A stretch of 64,000 nucleotides of DNA from Gemmatimonadales bacterium. Lineage in GTDB: Bacteria; Gemmatimonadota; Gemmatimonadetes; Gemmatimonadales; GWC2-71-9. Position numbers and translations under genes: made by a program. The stretch is from NCBI GenBank assembly GCA_046327735.1, contig JAXLXZ010000012.1, forward strand, positions 68,102 through 132,101, in the 5' to 3' direction. The notes under the pieces were generated by a model. It was not told where the DNA came from. It searched no databases and saw only the letters and a program-made list of their open reading frames with translations. How positions within the stretch are numbered: position 1 is the first letter of the stretch; each line of letters starts with the position of its first letter. Positions 46,239 to 54,544 of this stretch are shown piece by piece.

Positions 46239-47551
46239 ACAAGATCCTCGCAGTCATCCGGCGGGAGTTCATCGAGCGGGTGCGCACCCGGGCATTCATC
46301 ATCGGCACCCTGATCGTCCCGGCCATGTCATTCGGGTTCGGGTATCTCTCCCGGGCATTCATGGAGCGCGATACCCGCTCCCGCACCATGGTCATCGTTG
46401 ACGCCACTACGGGGAACGCGGGCCAGAGCATCGAGGAGGCGCTCCAGAAGCTGCGAATCGGGAAAGGCGCGGACACCCTGCCGCGCTACAACCTGAGCCG
46501 CATTCACGCCGAAGACGCGGCCCATGTGCGGGACTCGCTCATCCCCTCGGTCGACAACAAGGCGCTTGGGGGCGGGCTGGACGGGATCCTGGTGGTGACC
46601 GACTCCTCGATCATCACCGGCCGGCTGGCGTACTACGGACGCAATGTCGCCAGCATCTCCGACCGCGAGGTCATGCGGGAGACCATTGGTCCTGTGGTGC
46701 GGCAGGCACGCATGGCTCGCCTTGGGGCCGACTCGGCGCTCATCGCGGCGGCGGCCCTCGACTTCAGCCTCAACTCCCAGAAGGTCACCGCCGGGAAGCT
46801 CACCGGCGAATCGGGCATGAGTTCGTTCTGGCTGGCGTACTTCACCTCCTTTGTGATGTATTTCTCGCTCATCATGTACGGCATCCAGGTGATGGGGGCG
46901 GTTCTCGAGGAGAAGTCGAACCGGATCGTCGAGGTCCTGGTTTCGAGCATCACCCCCTTCGAGCTTCTCCTCGGCAAGGTGCTCGGCGTGGCGGGCGCCG
47001 GCCTCCTGCAACTGGCCATCTGGGGAGGCGCCGCCCGGTACCTGCTGGAGGGGTTGTCGGGGGCCCGCGCCTCCGGCGCAGGCCAGGCGGTCGCGGACAG
47101 CGCAGCGCAGAACGTGAGCATTCCCACGCTCAGTGGCGAGCTGATCGCCGTCATCCTCGTGTTCTTCCTGCTCGGATTCCTGCTCTACTCGGCCCTGTAT
47201 GCCGCGGTCGGGGCGATGTGCAGCACGCAGCAGGAGACCCAGCAGGCGGCCCAGCCGGTCACGATCATCCTGGCGATCGGGTTCATTGCCATGTTCTCCC
47301 TGATCAATGACCCCTCGAACACCCTGGCGCGAACGTTGAGCTTCATCCCGTTCTTCGCCCCGCTGGTGATTCCGGTCCGCTTCGCGCTCACACCGCTCCC
47401 GCTGGGCGAGGTACTTGGTGCCGTGGCCGCGACCCTGGTGGGCATCGTCGCGGTGGTCTGGGTGGCAGGGCGGATCTACCGAGTCGGCATCCTGTCGTAC
47501 GGCAAGAAGGCGACGCTCAGGGAAGTGATCTCCTGGGTCCGCACCGGCTGA
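46235..47551 (+). CDS. ABC-2 type transporter permease (NatB-like)
   Basis: The start overlaps the ATPase stop (ATGA). It has an N-terminal TM, a large extracytoplasmic loop and then 5 TM helices, which is typical ABC2_membrane_3 topology. Confidence 0.85.
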   Translation: MNKILAVIRREFIERVRTRAFIIGTLIVPAMSFGFGYLSRAFMERDTRSRTMVIVDATTGNAGQSIEEALQKLRIGKGADTLPRYNLSRIHAEDAAHVRDSLIPSVDNKALGGGLDGILVVTDSSIITGRLAYYGRNVASISDREVMRETIGPVVRQARMARLGADSALIAAAALDFSLNSQKVTAGKLTGESGMSSFWLAYFTSFVMYFSLIMYGIQVMGAVLEEKSNRIVEVLVSSITPFELLLGKVLGVAGAGLLQLAIWGGAARYLLEGLSGARASGAGQAVADSAAQNVSIPTLSGELIAVILVFFLLGFLLYSALYAAVGAMCSTQQETQQAAQPVTIILAIGFIAMFSLINDPSNTLARTLSFIPFFAPLVIPVRFALTPLPLGEVLGAVAATLVGIVAVVWVAGRIYRVGILSYGKKATLREVISWVRTG

Positions 47552-47576
47552 AGTCTTCGCGGCTGCGGGTGGTGAC

Positions 47577-47605
47577 GAGGGGCGGTCCCGAAAGGGCCGC
47601 CCCTC
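47577..47605 (+). terminator. Hairpin terminator after the ABC-2 operon
   Basis: gaggggcgg(t)ccc (47577-47589), loop gaaa, then gggccgcccctc (47594-47605), giving a 12-bp stem with one bulge, followed by tgcctttcc. Confidence 0.65.
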
Positions 47606-47645
47606 TGCCTTTCCCCCTCTCGGGACGAGGATGTAGGTTCACCCC

Positions 47646-49517
47646 ATGGACCGTTATGACGTGATCGTGATCGGGGGCGGACACGCCGGCAGTGAGGCGG
47701 CGACCGCGGCGGCGCGCCTTGGCGCACGCACCCTCATGCTCACCCAGAACCTCGAGACCATCGGGCAGATGTCCTGCAACCCCGCGATCGGTGGGATTGC
47801 CAAGGGAACCGTGGTACGCGAAGTCGATGCCCTCGGCGGGGTGATGGGGCGGGCCACCGACCGAGCCATGATCCAGTTCCGGATGCTCAATCGGTCGAAG
47901 GGCCCCGCGGTCTGGTCGCCGAGAGCGCAGTGTGACCGCGGGTTGTACCGGCGGGCGGTGCGCAGCCTCCTGGAGGAGCAGACCGGGCTCGAGTTCGGGC
48001 AGGGAACCGTCAGTGAGCTCGAGGTACGCGGGGGGCGAGTGGTCGGGGTTCGGACGGTCGAAGGCAGGAGGTTCTCGTGCGACGCAGTGGTGATCACAGC
48101 CGGGACGTTTCTCCGGGGCCGCATCCACGTTGGCCGTGACACCTCGATTCCGGCTGGCCGGGCGGGCGATGCACCATCGGTGCAGCTGGCTGAAGCGATT
48201 GCGGCACAAGGAATTACAATAGAAAGATTCAAGACGGGAACGCCGCCGAGAATCGACGGGCGGTCGATCGACCTGGCGGCGTTCCCTCGGCAAGATGGGG
48301 AGCCAGAGCCGTATTGGTTCTCGAGCTTTGTCCGGGCGGCGCGAGTCCCGCAGCTGCCCTGCTACCTCGCGTGGGCTGGCCCGGAAGTCTGCGACATCAT
48401 CCGGGAGCACCTCCAGGAATCCGCACTCTACGGAGGGGCCATCAGCGGAAGGGGGCCTCGTTACTGCCCGAGTATCGAGGACAAGGTGGTGAAGTTCCCC
48501 GACGCGGAGCGGCACCAGCTTTTCCTGGAGCCGGAGGGACTGGATACCGCTGAGATGTACGTGAACGGGCTCAGTACTTCACTGCCGCCAGAGGTTCAGC
48601 TCCGGTTTCTTCAGGCCGTTCCCGGGCTCGAGTCCGTTCGGATGACGCGTGCCGGCTACGCCATCGAGTACGACTACATCCCGCCAACGCAGCTCAGCTA
48701 CACGCTCGAACTGAAGGGCATCCGGGGTGTCTTCTGCGCCGGGCAGGTGAATGGGACGACCGGCTATGAGGAGGCTGCCGGTCAGGGTGTCATTGCCGGC
48801 ATCAACGCCGCGCGGCAGGCGCTGGGTCAGTCGCCATTTGTGTTGAGGCGAGATCAGGCGCTGATCGGAGTCCTGATCGATGACCTCGTCTCCCGCGGGG
48901 TGGACGAACCCTACCGACTCTTTACCTCGAGAGCGGAGTACCGCCTGCTGCTCCGCCAGGACAATGCGGTCCGTCGGCTGCTTAAGCCGGCAGCTGAGCT
49001 GGGGCTTCTCAGGGATGAGGAGCGAGAGGTCGTGGAGGGCAGGCTCGAGGAGGAGGAAGCTGCCTTGTCGTATGCACAAACGGCATCGGTCACCCCCTCG
49101 ATTGCGAATGCCTTCCTGGAAATGGCTGGCAGCGCCCCGATCCCGCACTCGGTCAAGGTTGCTGAGATCGTCCGACGGCCAAGGGTGGCGCTCGGCCCGC
49201 TGATTTCGGCGCTGGGAGGGAGTTACTCTCGGGAGGCTATCGAGTGGGCCGAGGTTGAGCTCAAGTACGAGGGGTATTTGCTGCGAGAGAAGGAGGGGGC
49301 TGCCCGCCTGGCCTCTCTGGACGAGCTTCCGATTCCGCTGGGAGTTCCGATCCGGGAGTTTCGCTCCCTCTCCTATGAGGCAAGGGAGAAGCTGGCCAAG
49401 CACCAGCCGCCGACGGTTGGCCGGGCCGGGAGCATTCCGGGAATCTCCCCCGCCGACCTACAGAACCTTGTCCTGGAGCTGACCAAGTGGCGAAGGCACC
49501 AGGAGGCCTGCTCGTAG
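47646..49517 (+). CDS. mnmG: tRNA uridine-5-carboxymethylaminomethyl(34) synthesis enzyme MnmG (GidA)
   Basis: YDVIVIGGGHAGSEAA, MSCNPAIGG, RFKTGTPPRIDG, GPRYCPSIEDK, AGQVNGTTGYEEAA, and 623 aa in total. Confidence 0.97.
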   Translation: MDRYDVIVIGGGHAGSEAATAAARLGARTLMLTQNLETIGQMSCNPAIGGIAKGTVVREVDALGGVMGRATDRAMIQFRMLNRSKGPAVWSPRAQCDRGLYRRAVRSLLEEQTGLEFGQGTVSELEVRGGRVVGVRTVEGRRFSCDAVVITAGTFLRGRIHVGRDTSIPAGRAGDAPSVQLAEAIAAQGITIERFKTGTPPRIDGRSIDLAAFPRQDGEPEPYWFSSFVRAARVPQLPCYLAWAGPEVCDIIREHLQESALYGGAISGRGPRYCPSIEDKVVKFPDAERHQLFLEPEGLDTAEMYVNGLSTSLPPEVQLRFLQAVPGLESVRMTRAGYAIEYDYIPPTQLSYTLELKGIRGVFCAGQVNGTTGYEEAAGQGVIAGINAARQALGQSPFVLRRDQALIGVLIDDLVSRGVDEPYRLFTSRAEYRLLLRQDNAVRRLLKPAAELGLLRDEEREVVEGRLEEEEAALSYAQTASVTPSIANAFLEMAGSAPIPHSVKVAEIVRRPRVALGPLISALGGSYSREAIEWAEVELKYEGYLLREKEGAARLASLDELPIPLGVPIREFRSLSYEAREKLAKHQPPTVGRAGSIPGISPADLQNLVLELTKWRRHQEACS

Positions 49518-49522
49518 TCCGC

Positions 49523-49538
49523 TGTTTCACGTGAAATA
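49523..49538. promoter_or_regulatory. parS centromere-like site (one mismatch)
   Basis: TGTTTCACGTGAAATA compared with the consensus TGTTNCACGTGAAACA. Confidence 0.8.
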
Positions 49539-49559
49539 GGCGATATTGCCGGTAGCCTA

Positions 49560-49575
49560 TGTTGCACGTGAAACA
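49560..49575. promoter_or_regulatory. parS centromere-like site (perfect match)
   Basis: TGTTGCACGTGAAACA matches the consensus TGTTNCACGTGAAACA exactly. It lies 112 nt upstream of parA. Confidence 0.88.
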
Positions 49576-49686
49576 GGCTCGCATTTCCCTCCCAAAATAA
49601 TCGTGCTATATTGAGGAACCCCACCAATACTGTGGTTCCCCGATTTCTGTTTTTATCTGCAAGTACTTGCAAAATAAAGATATAAG

Positions 49687-50544
49687 ATGGCGCGAATTAT
49701 CGCGATTGCCAATCAGAAGGGCGGGGTGGGAAAGACCACCACCGCGGTGAACCTCGCCGCGTCGCTCGCCATTGCCGAACGGAAGACCCTGCTCGTGGAT
49801 GCCGACCCGCAGGGGAATGCCACCAGCGGCGTGGGTGTCCGGCGGGAGCAGCTGCGCTACTCCCTCTATGACGCCCTCATCGAAGGCCGGCCGCTGCGCG
49901 ACGTGATGATCAGCGATCCGGCGCTGCCGTATCTCGACATCCTTCCCGCCACCCAGGACCTGGTCGGGGCCGAACTCGAGCTGGTGGAGCGGCCTGATCG
50001 TGAGAGCCGCCTGCGCCAGACGCTCGAGCCGGCACGCGAGACGCACGAGTTCGTGCTGATCGATTGCCCGCCGTCGCTGGGCCTGATCACGCTCAACGTG
50101 CTCGCCGCCGCGGATGGCGTCATCATCCCCATCCAGTGCGAGTACTACGCGCTCGAGGGAATCTCCCAGCTCCTCAATACCATCAAGCTGGTCCAGCAGA
50201 ACTTCAATCCCCGGCTGGCGATCGACGGCGTGCTGCTGACGATGTACGACTCCCGGGTGAATCTCTGCCGGCAGGTCGCGAGCGACGCCAAGGAGTACTT
50301 CGGCGCCCGGATGTTCCCCGCCGTGATTCCCCGCAACGTGCGACTGGCCGAGGCTCCCAGCTTCGGGAAGCCGATCCTCCTCTACGATATCCAGTCGGTG
50401 GGCGCGAAGAGTTACCTGGCCGTGGCCCAGGAGCTGATCCGCCGCGTGGAGCAGGCCGATCCCGCATCCAAGGCACCGCTGCCCGAGGGGCCGCCGGTGG
50501 TGGGCACTACGATTCCGGCGACCGCCGGGGAGCCTGACGCATGA
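49687..50544 (+). CDS. parA: Chromosome partitioning ATPase ParA (Soj)
   Basis: Deviant Walker A NQKGGVGKTTT, DADPQGN, LIDCPPSLG, and VIPRNVRLAEAPSFGKP. Confidence 0.96.
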   Translation: MARIIAIANQKGGVGKTTTAVNLAASLAIAERKTLLVDADPQGNATSGVGVRREQLRYSLYDALIEGRPLRDVMISDPALPYLDILPATQDLVGAELELVERPDRESRLRQTLEPARETHEFVLIDCPPSLGLITLNVLAAADGVIIPIQCEYYALEGISQLLNTIKLVQQNFNPRLAIDGVLLTMYDSRVNLCRQVASDAKEYFGARMFPAVIPRNVRLAEAPSFGKPILLYDIQSVGAKSYLAVAQELIRRVEQADPASKAPLPEGPPVVGTTIPATAGEPDA

Positions 50545-51410
50545 GTGAAACGCGCCGACTTGGTCGCGGCCTGGAAGCCCTCCTCGGGCCGGTGAGCCGC
50601 CAGGAAGCGGAAGCGCAGGGCGCGCTCCAGGAATTGCCGGTCGGGGCGATTCGCCCCAATCCCTACCAGCCGCGCGCCAAGCTGGACGAGCCGCAGTTCT
50701 CCGAGCTGGTGTCGTCGCTGGAAGTCGCCGGCCTGCTCCAGCCGGTGGTGGTGCGCCGCCATCTGGATGGCTACCAGCTGATCGCCGGCGAACGGCGGTG
50801 GCGGGCCGCGCAGAAACTGGGATGGCAGAAGATCCCCGCCGTCGTGAAGGAGGCGGATGACCGGACCCTCCTGACCCTGGCGCTGGTCGAGAACCTGCAG
50901 CGCGACAATCTCTCGAGCATCGAGGAAGCGCACAGCTACTCGCGCCTGGCCGAGGAGTTCCAGCTCTCCCATGGGGAGATTGCGCGGCTGGTGGGCCGGG
51001 ACCGGTCGACCATCGCGAATGCCCTGCGGCTCCTCAAGCTCCCGCCCGATGTCATGACCCTCGTCGACGAGGGGAAGCTCTCCGAGGGCCACGCGCGCGC
51101 GCTCCTCGGCGTCACCGATCGCGGGCAGATGTCCCGGCTGGCGCAGGATGCCGTAGCGCAGGGCTGGTCGGTGCGCGAGGTGGAGGAGAAAGTGCGCGGG
51201 GCGCGCCCCGCCGGCGCGAGACGCGCACCGGTCCGCCAGCAGGCGCCGGCGCACCGCCGGATCGAGGATGCACTGCGCAAGCGGCTCGGGACCGACGTGC
51301 GCGTGACCGCGCGCCGGAAAGGCCGCGGGAGCATCGCGATCACGTACTACTCGGAAGAAGACCTGGTGCGGGTGCTGGAGCTGGTGCTCGGGGAGCCGTT
51401 CGCCGGATGA
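50541..51410 (+). CDS. parB: Chromosome partitioning protein ParB (Spo0J)
   Basis: RLGRGLEALL, IRPNPYQPR, QPVVVR, IAGERRWRAA (arginine patch), LVENLQRDNLSSIEEA. ATGA overlap with parA. Confidence 0.96.
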   Translation: MSETRRLGRGLEALLGPVSRQEAEAQGALQELPVGAIRPNPYQPRAKLDEPQFSELVSSLEVAGLLQPVVVRRHLDGYQLIAGERRWRAAQKLGWQKIPAVVKEADDRTLLTLALVENLQRDNLSSIEEAHSYSRLAEEFQLSHGEIARLVGRDRSTIANALRLLKLPPDVMTLVDEGKLSEGHARALLGVTDRGQMSRLAQDAVAQGWSVREVEEKVRGARPAGARRAPVRQQAPAHRRIEDALRKRLGTDVRVTARRKGRGSIAITYYSEEDLVRVLELVLGEPFAG

Positions 51411-52210
51411 GCGGCGGCGGGCATGTCACCATCGTCGTCCACGCGGACGGCGCGCTCGCCTCTCGGACAATTCGCCTGCCGGTCTGGTTGCTGCGCACCC
51501 TGCTGGCGGTGGGGGGCGTGCTCGGGGTGCTGCTCCTGCTGGCGCTGGCGCTCTACCTGCCGATCATTGCGCAGGCGGCACGGGTGCCCGGCCTGGTGCG
51601 GGAAGTCGACCGGCTCGGCGCGGAGAACCGGAAGATCGCGGACCTGGTCGCGGCGCTCGACAGCGCCGAACGGCGCTACGACCGGATCCGGGCGATGCTC
51701 GGCGCCGACGTGGTCCCCGACCCGGTACGTCTGGCCTCGACTTTGCCGGTAGCACCACCCGTGCGGGCCCAGGTGGCGGGCACGCCGTCGGTCTATGAGA
51801 CCGGACGATCGGCCCCGACCCACTGGCCCCTCGATGAAGCGGGTTATGTGACGCGGGGCCAAGCGGGATCGGAAGGGAGCGGCAATACTTCCGACGAGGC
51901 TCATCCCGGCGTCGATATCGCGGTCCCCATCGGCAGCCCGGTCCGCGCAGCGGGTGGCGGCTCGGTCCTGCAGGCGGGCGAAGATCCCGAGTACGGGCTT
52001 TTCGTGCTGGTGGAACACCCGGACAGCCTCCAGAGCAAGTACGGTCACCTCAGCCGGCTCACGGTGACGACCGGGCAACTGGTCCAGGCCGGGCAGGTCA
52101 TCGGACTCTCCGGAAACACGGGGCGGTCGAGCGCTCCGCACCTGCATTTCGAAATCCGTCGCGAGGGTACGCCGATCGACCCTCGCACCATGCTCAAGGA
52201 GCCACGCTGA
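51407..52210 (+). CDS. Membrane-anchored M23 (LytM) family metallopeptidase with coiled-coil region
   Basis: TM segment WLLRTLLAVGGVLGVLLLLALALYL, and coiled-coil REVDRLGAENRKIADLVAALDSAERRY. M23 motifs: HPGVDIAVPIGSPV and GNTGRSSAPHLHFEIR. ATGA overlap with parB. Confidence 0.9.
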   Translation: MSGGGHVTIVVHADGALASRTIRLPVWLLRTLLAVGGVLGVLLLLALALYLPIIAQAARVPGLVREVDRLGAENRKIADLVAALDSAERRYDRIRAMLGADVVPDPVRLASTLPVAPPVRAQVAGTPSVYETGRSAPTHWPLDEAGYVTRGQAGSEGSGNTSDEAHPGVDIAVPIGSPVRAAGGGSVLQAGEDPEYGLFVLVEHPDSLQSKYGHLSRLTVTTGQLVQAGQVIGLSGNTGRSSAPHLHFEIRREGTPIDPRTMLKEPR

Positions 52211-52644
52211 TGGCCATGTTCTCCTCCCGCCCCTCGCAGGGCGTACGTGCCGAATCGGCCCGCCGGGGTGACCCCGCCGGCCTGACGATCATCGCCGCCG
52301 GGACGACCATCGTCGGCGACGTCGGGAGCGAAGGGATCGTGAAGGTCGAAGGGATCGTGCAGGGGACCGTCCGGGCGGGGTCGCAGATCCTGGTTGCCCC
52401 CGGCGCCTCGATCCGGGGGGATGTCTTCGCCCCTGAAATCGTGGCGGGTGGCGAGATCCACGGGACTGTCCACGCTGACGACCGGGTCGAAATTCAGTCT
52501 GGTGCGATGGTGCATGGCGACATCCAGACGCAGCGTCTGCTCATCGCCGAGGGCGGGCGAATCAACGGACAGATCAGCATGGAGCAGAGCGGCGAGCGCG
52601 CGGCCGAAGCGCGCGAAGGCTCGAACGTTTCACAGGCAACGTGA
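52210..52644 (+). CDS. Bactofilin (polymer-forming cytoskeletal protein)
   Basis: It has repetitive beta-helix windings (IVGDVGSEGIVKVEGIVQGTVRAGSQILVAPGASIRGDVFAPEIVAGGEIHGTVHADDRVEIQSGAMVHGDIQTQRLLIAEGGRINGQI). The N-terminal MAMFSS resembles the bactofilin membrane-targeting motif. The ATG overlaps the M23 stop by 1 nt. Confidence 0.9.
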   Translation: MAMFSSRPSQGVRAESARRGDPAGLTIIAAGTTIVGDVGSEGIVKVEGIVQGTVRAGSQILVAPGASIRGDVFAPEIVAGGEIHGTVHADDRVEIQSGAMVHGDIQTQRLLIAEGGRINGQISMEQSGERAAEAREGSNVSQAT

Positions 52645-52755
52645 AAAAGGCTTGACTTCCCACAATAGTTGAAAACTTCCGCAGTCCTGTGGATACAGGG
52701 CTGATTTTCACTGTTACATCTCCCCCGACTGCCTACTCACTGTCGAGTTGGTTCC

Positions 52756-53724
52756 GTGATACTGCATAGATTAGCCGCCGCCTGTCTTCTCCTCGCCGCC
52801 GCCGGTTGCAGCGGAAAACCTGCGGCTCCGCAGGGCTTTCGGGTCGGTCTGGTCACTCCCGGGTCGATCGCTGATGCCGCCTGGAATTCGGGGGCTTATC
52901 GGGGTCTGGAGCAGGTGAGGGACAGCCTGGGAGTTGCCGTGAGCCACGTGGAGGCCCGCACCCCGGCTGAGCAGGAGGAGGCGCTTCGGACGTATGCGGC
53001 CCAGCACTACGACCTGGTCTTCGGCCACGGCTTCGAGTTCCAGGGTCCGGCCGAACGAGTGTCGGCGCAGTATCCCGGCACCGTGTTCATCGTGACCTCC
53101 GGAGAAAAGGTCCAGGGGAATGTCTCGCCCCTCATTTTCCGGTTGAAGGAAGCGAGCTTCCTGGCCGGGGTGGTGGCCGGCGGGATGACCAAGTCGAAGG
53201 TGATCGGGTTCGTGGGCGGGATCGAGCTGCCACCGATCAAGGAAGCGGAGGAGGCGTGGGTGGCGGGTGCCAAGTCGGTCGACCCCGCCATCAGTGCCCG
53301 GTCCACCTACCTCAACACCTTCGACGACGTGGCGGCGGGCCGGGAGGCAACGCTGGCGCTGCTCCAGGCGGGTGCCGACATGTTCCATCACAACGCCGAC
53401 CAGGCCGGACTGGGTGTCTTCCAGGCCGTGAAGGAATCGAAGGCGGCGTACATCTTCGGCGCCAACGCCGACCAGAGTGCGCTGGCGCCGGAGCGCACCC
53501 TGGGCTCCGCCATCATCGATCTGCCGCGCGCGATACTCTCGGTGGCGCGGGAAGTGAAAGCCGGCTCGTTCACGCCGAAGGTCGAATCCTTCGGGCTCAA
53601 GAGCGGCGTCATCCGGTTCGAGCTCAATCCTGCAACCCAGCAACTGATCCCTGCCGCGCTGTCGGAGCGCCTTACCAGGGCCCGTGACTCGATCATCGCC
53701 ACGGAAGGGTCCGCGAAGCCGTGA
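52756..53724 (+). CDS. BMP family (PnrA/Med-like) ABC transporter substrate-binding lipoprotein
   Basis: Lipobox LLLAAAGC|SG. VGLVTPGSIADAAWN, GFVGGIELPPI and FGANADQ are typical of basic membrane protein / nucleoside-binding lipoproteins. Confidence 0.88.
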   Translation: MILHRLAAACLLLAAAGCSGKPAAPQGFRVGLVTPGSIADAAWNSGAYRGLEQVRDSLGVAVSHVEARTPAEQEEALRTYAAQHYDLVFGHGFEFQGPAERVSAQYPGTVFIVTSGEKVQGNVSPLIFRLKEASFLAGVVAGGMTKSKVIGFVGGIELPPIKEAEEAWVAGAKSVDPAISARSTYLNTFDDVAAGREATLALLQAGADMFHHNADQAGLGVFQAVKESKAAYIFGANADQSALAPERTLGSAIIDLPRAILSVAREVKAGSFTPKVESFGLKSGVIRFELNPATQQLIPAALSERLTRARDSIIATEGSAKP

Positions 53725-54509
53725 GTGCCACCTCCCGCACCCTCGGCGAGCTGGTCGCCTACCTCGACGACTACCTCAAGGTGCGCGAGGTACCCGATGA
53801 CCCGAACGCGCTGAACGGTCTCCAGGTCGAGAACAGCGGGGTGATTCACCGAATCGTGGCAGCGGTGGACGCCGCCCAGGCAACGATCGACGGTCTTCCG
53901 ACTGCGTCGCCGGGGACGCTGCTCCTGGTGCACCACGGTCTCTTCTGGGACGGCAACCGGGCGGTGAGCCAGCGGCGCTATCGCAAGCTCAAGGCGCTCT
54001 TCGACCGCGACGCCGCCCTGTACTCGGCGCACATTCCGCTGGATCTCCACCCCATCGTCGGCAACAACGCGGTGCTGGCGGCGCGGCTGGGACTCACCGC
54101 CACGGAATCGTTCGGCCAGCACAAGGGCGTGAGCATCGGCATCGCGGGGGTGGCCCCGCCGCGGCTGCATACCCGTGAGGCCGTGGTCGGAGCGCTGGCC
54201 GAACTCCTCGGCATCGGCCGGGGGGAGATCCGCCTGATTGCCGGGGGGCCCGCCGAAGTCCGCAAGATCGGGGTGATCACCGGGGCGGCCGGGAGCGCCA
54301 TCGGCCAGGCCTTTGCCGCGGGGTGCGATACCTACATCTCGGGCGAGGGAATGCACCACAGCTATTTCGACGCCACCGAGCTGGGGATCAACGTCATCTA
54401 CGCGGGGCACTACGCCACCGAGACGGTCGGGGTCCAGGCCCTCGCGCAGCATCTCCACGAGCGGTACGGCCTGCCCTGGGAGTTCCACGACCACCCGACC
54501 GGCATGTAA
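53721..54509 (+). CDS. Nif3-like dinuclear metal centre protein (YbgI/GTP cyclohydrolase 1 type 2 homolog)
   Basis: DDPNALNGLQVEN, LLVHHGLFW, YSAHIPLDLH, and a C-terminal AGHYATE. The start overlaps the upstream stop. Confidence 0.88.
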   Translation: MSATSRTLGELVAYLDDYLKVREVPDDPNALNGLQVENSGVIHRIVAAVDAAQATIDGLPTASPGTLLLVHHGLFWDGNRAVSQRRYRKLKALFDRDAALYSAHIPLDLHPIVGNNAVLAARLGLTATESFGQHKGVSIGIAGVAPPRLHTREAVVGALAELLGIGRGEIRLIAGGPAEVRKIGVITGAAGSAIGQAFAAGCDTYISGEGMHHSYFDATELGINVIYAGHYATETVGVQALAQHLHERYGLPWEFHDHPTGM

Positions 54510-54544
54510 CTCCCCACCGGGCCGGGGGGCTGTACCTTCCCTCC

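Noticed and set aside
52627-52647. parS-like half sites GTTTCAC-aggcaac-GTGAAAA at the 3' end of the bactofilin gene
   Set aside because: The two half sites are separated by a 7-nt insertion, so the 16-bp palindrome required for ParB binding is not formed. This is probably chance or a decayed site.
52645-52755. Possible oriC/DnaA-box cluster in the bactofilin-BMP spacer (TGTGGATAC at about 52690) and in the AT-rich mnmG-parA spacer
   Set aside because: There is only a single 8/9 DnaA-box-like match and no array of boxes or obvious DUE repeats. The origin is more likely next to dnaA, upstream of dnaN, outside the window.
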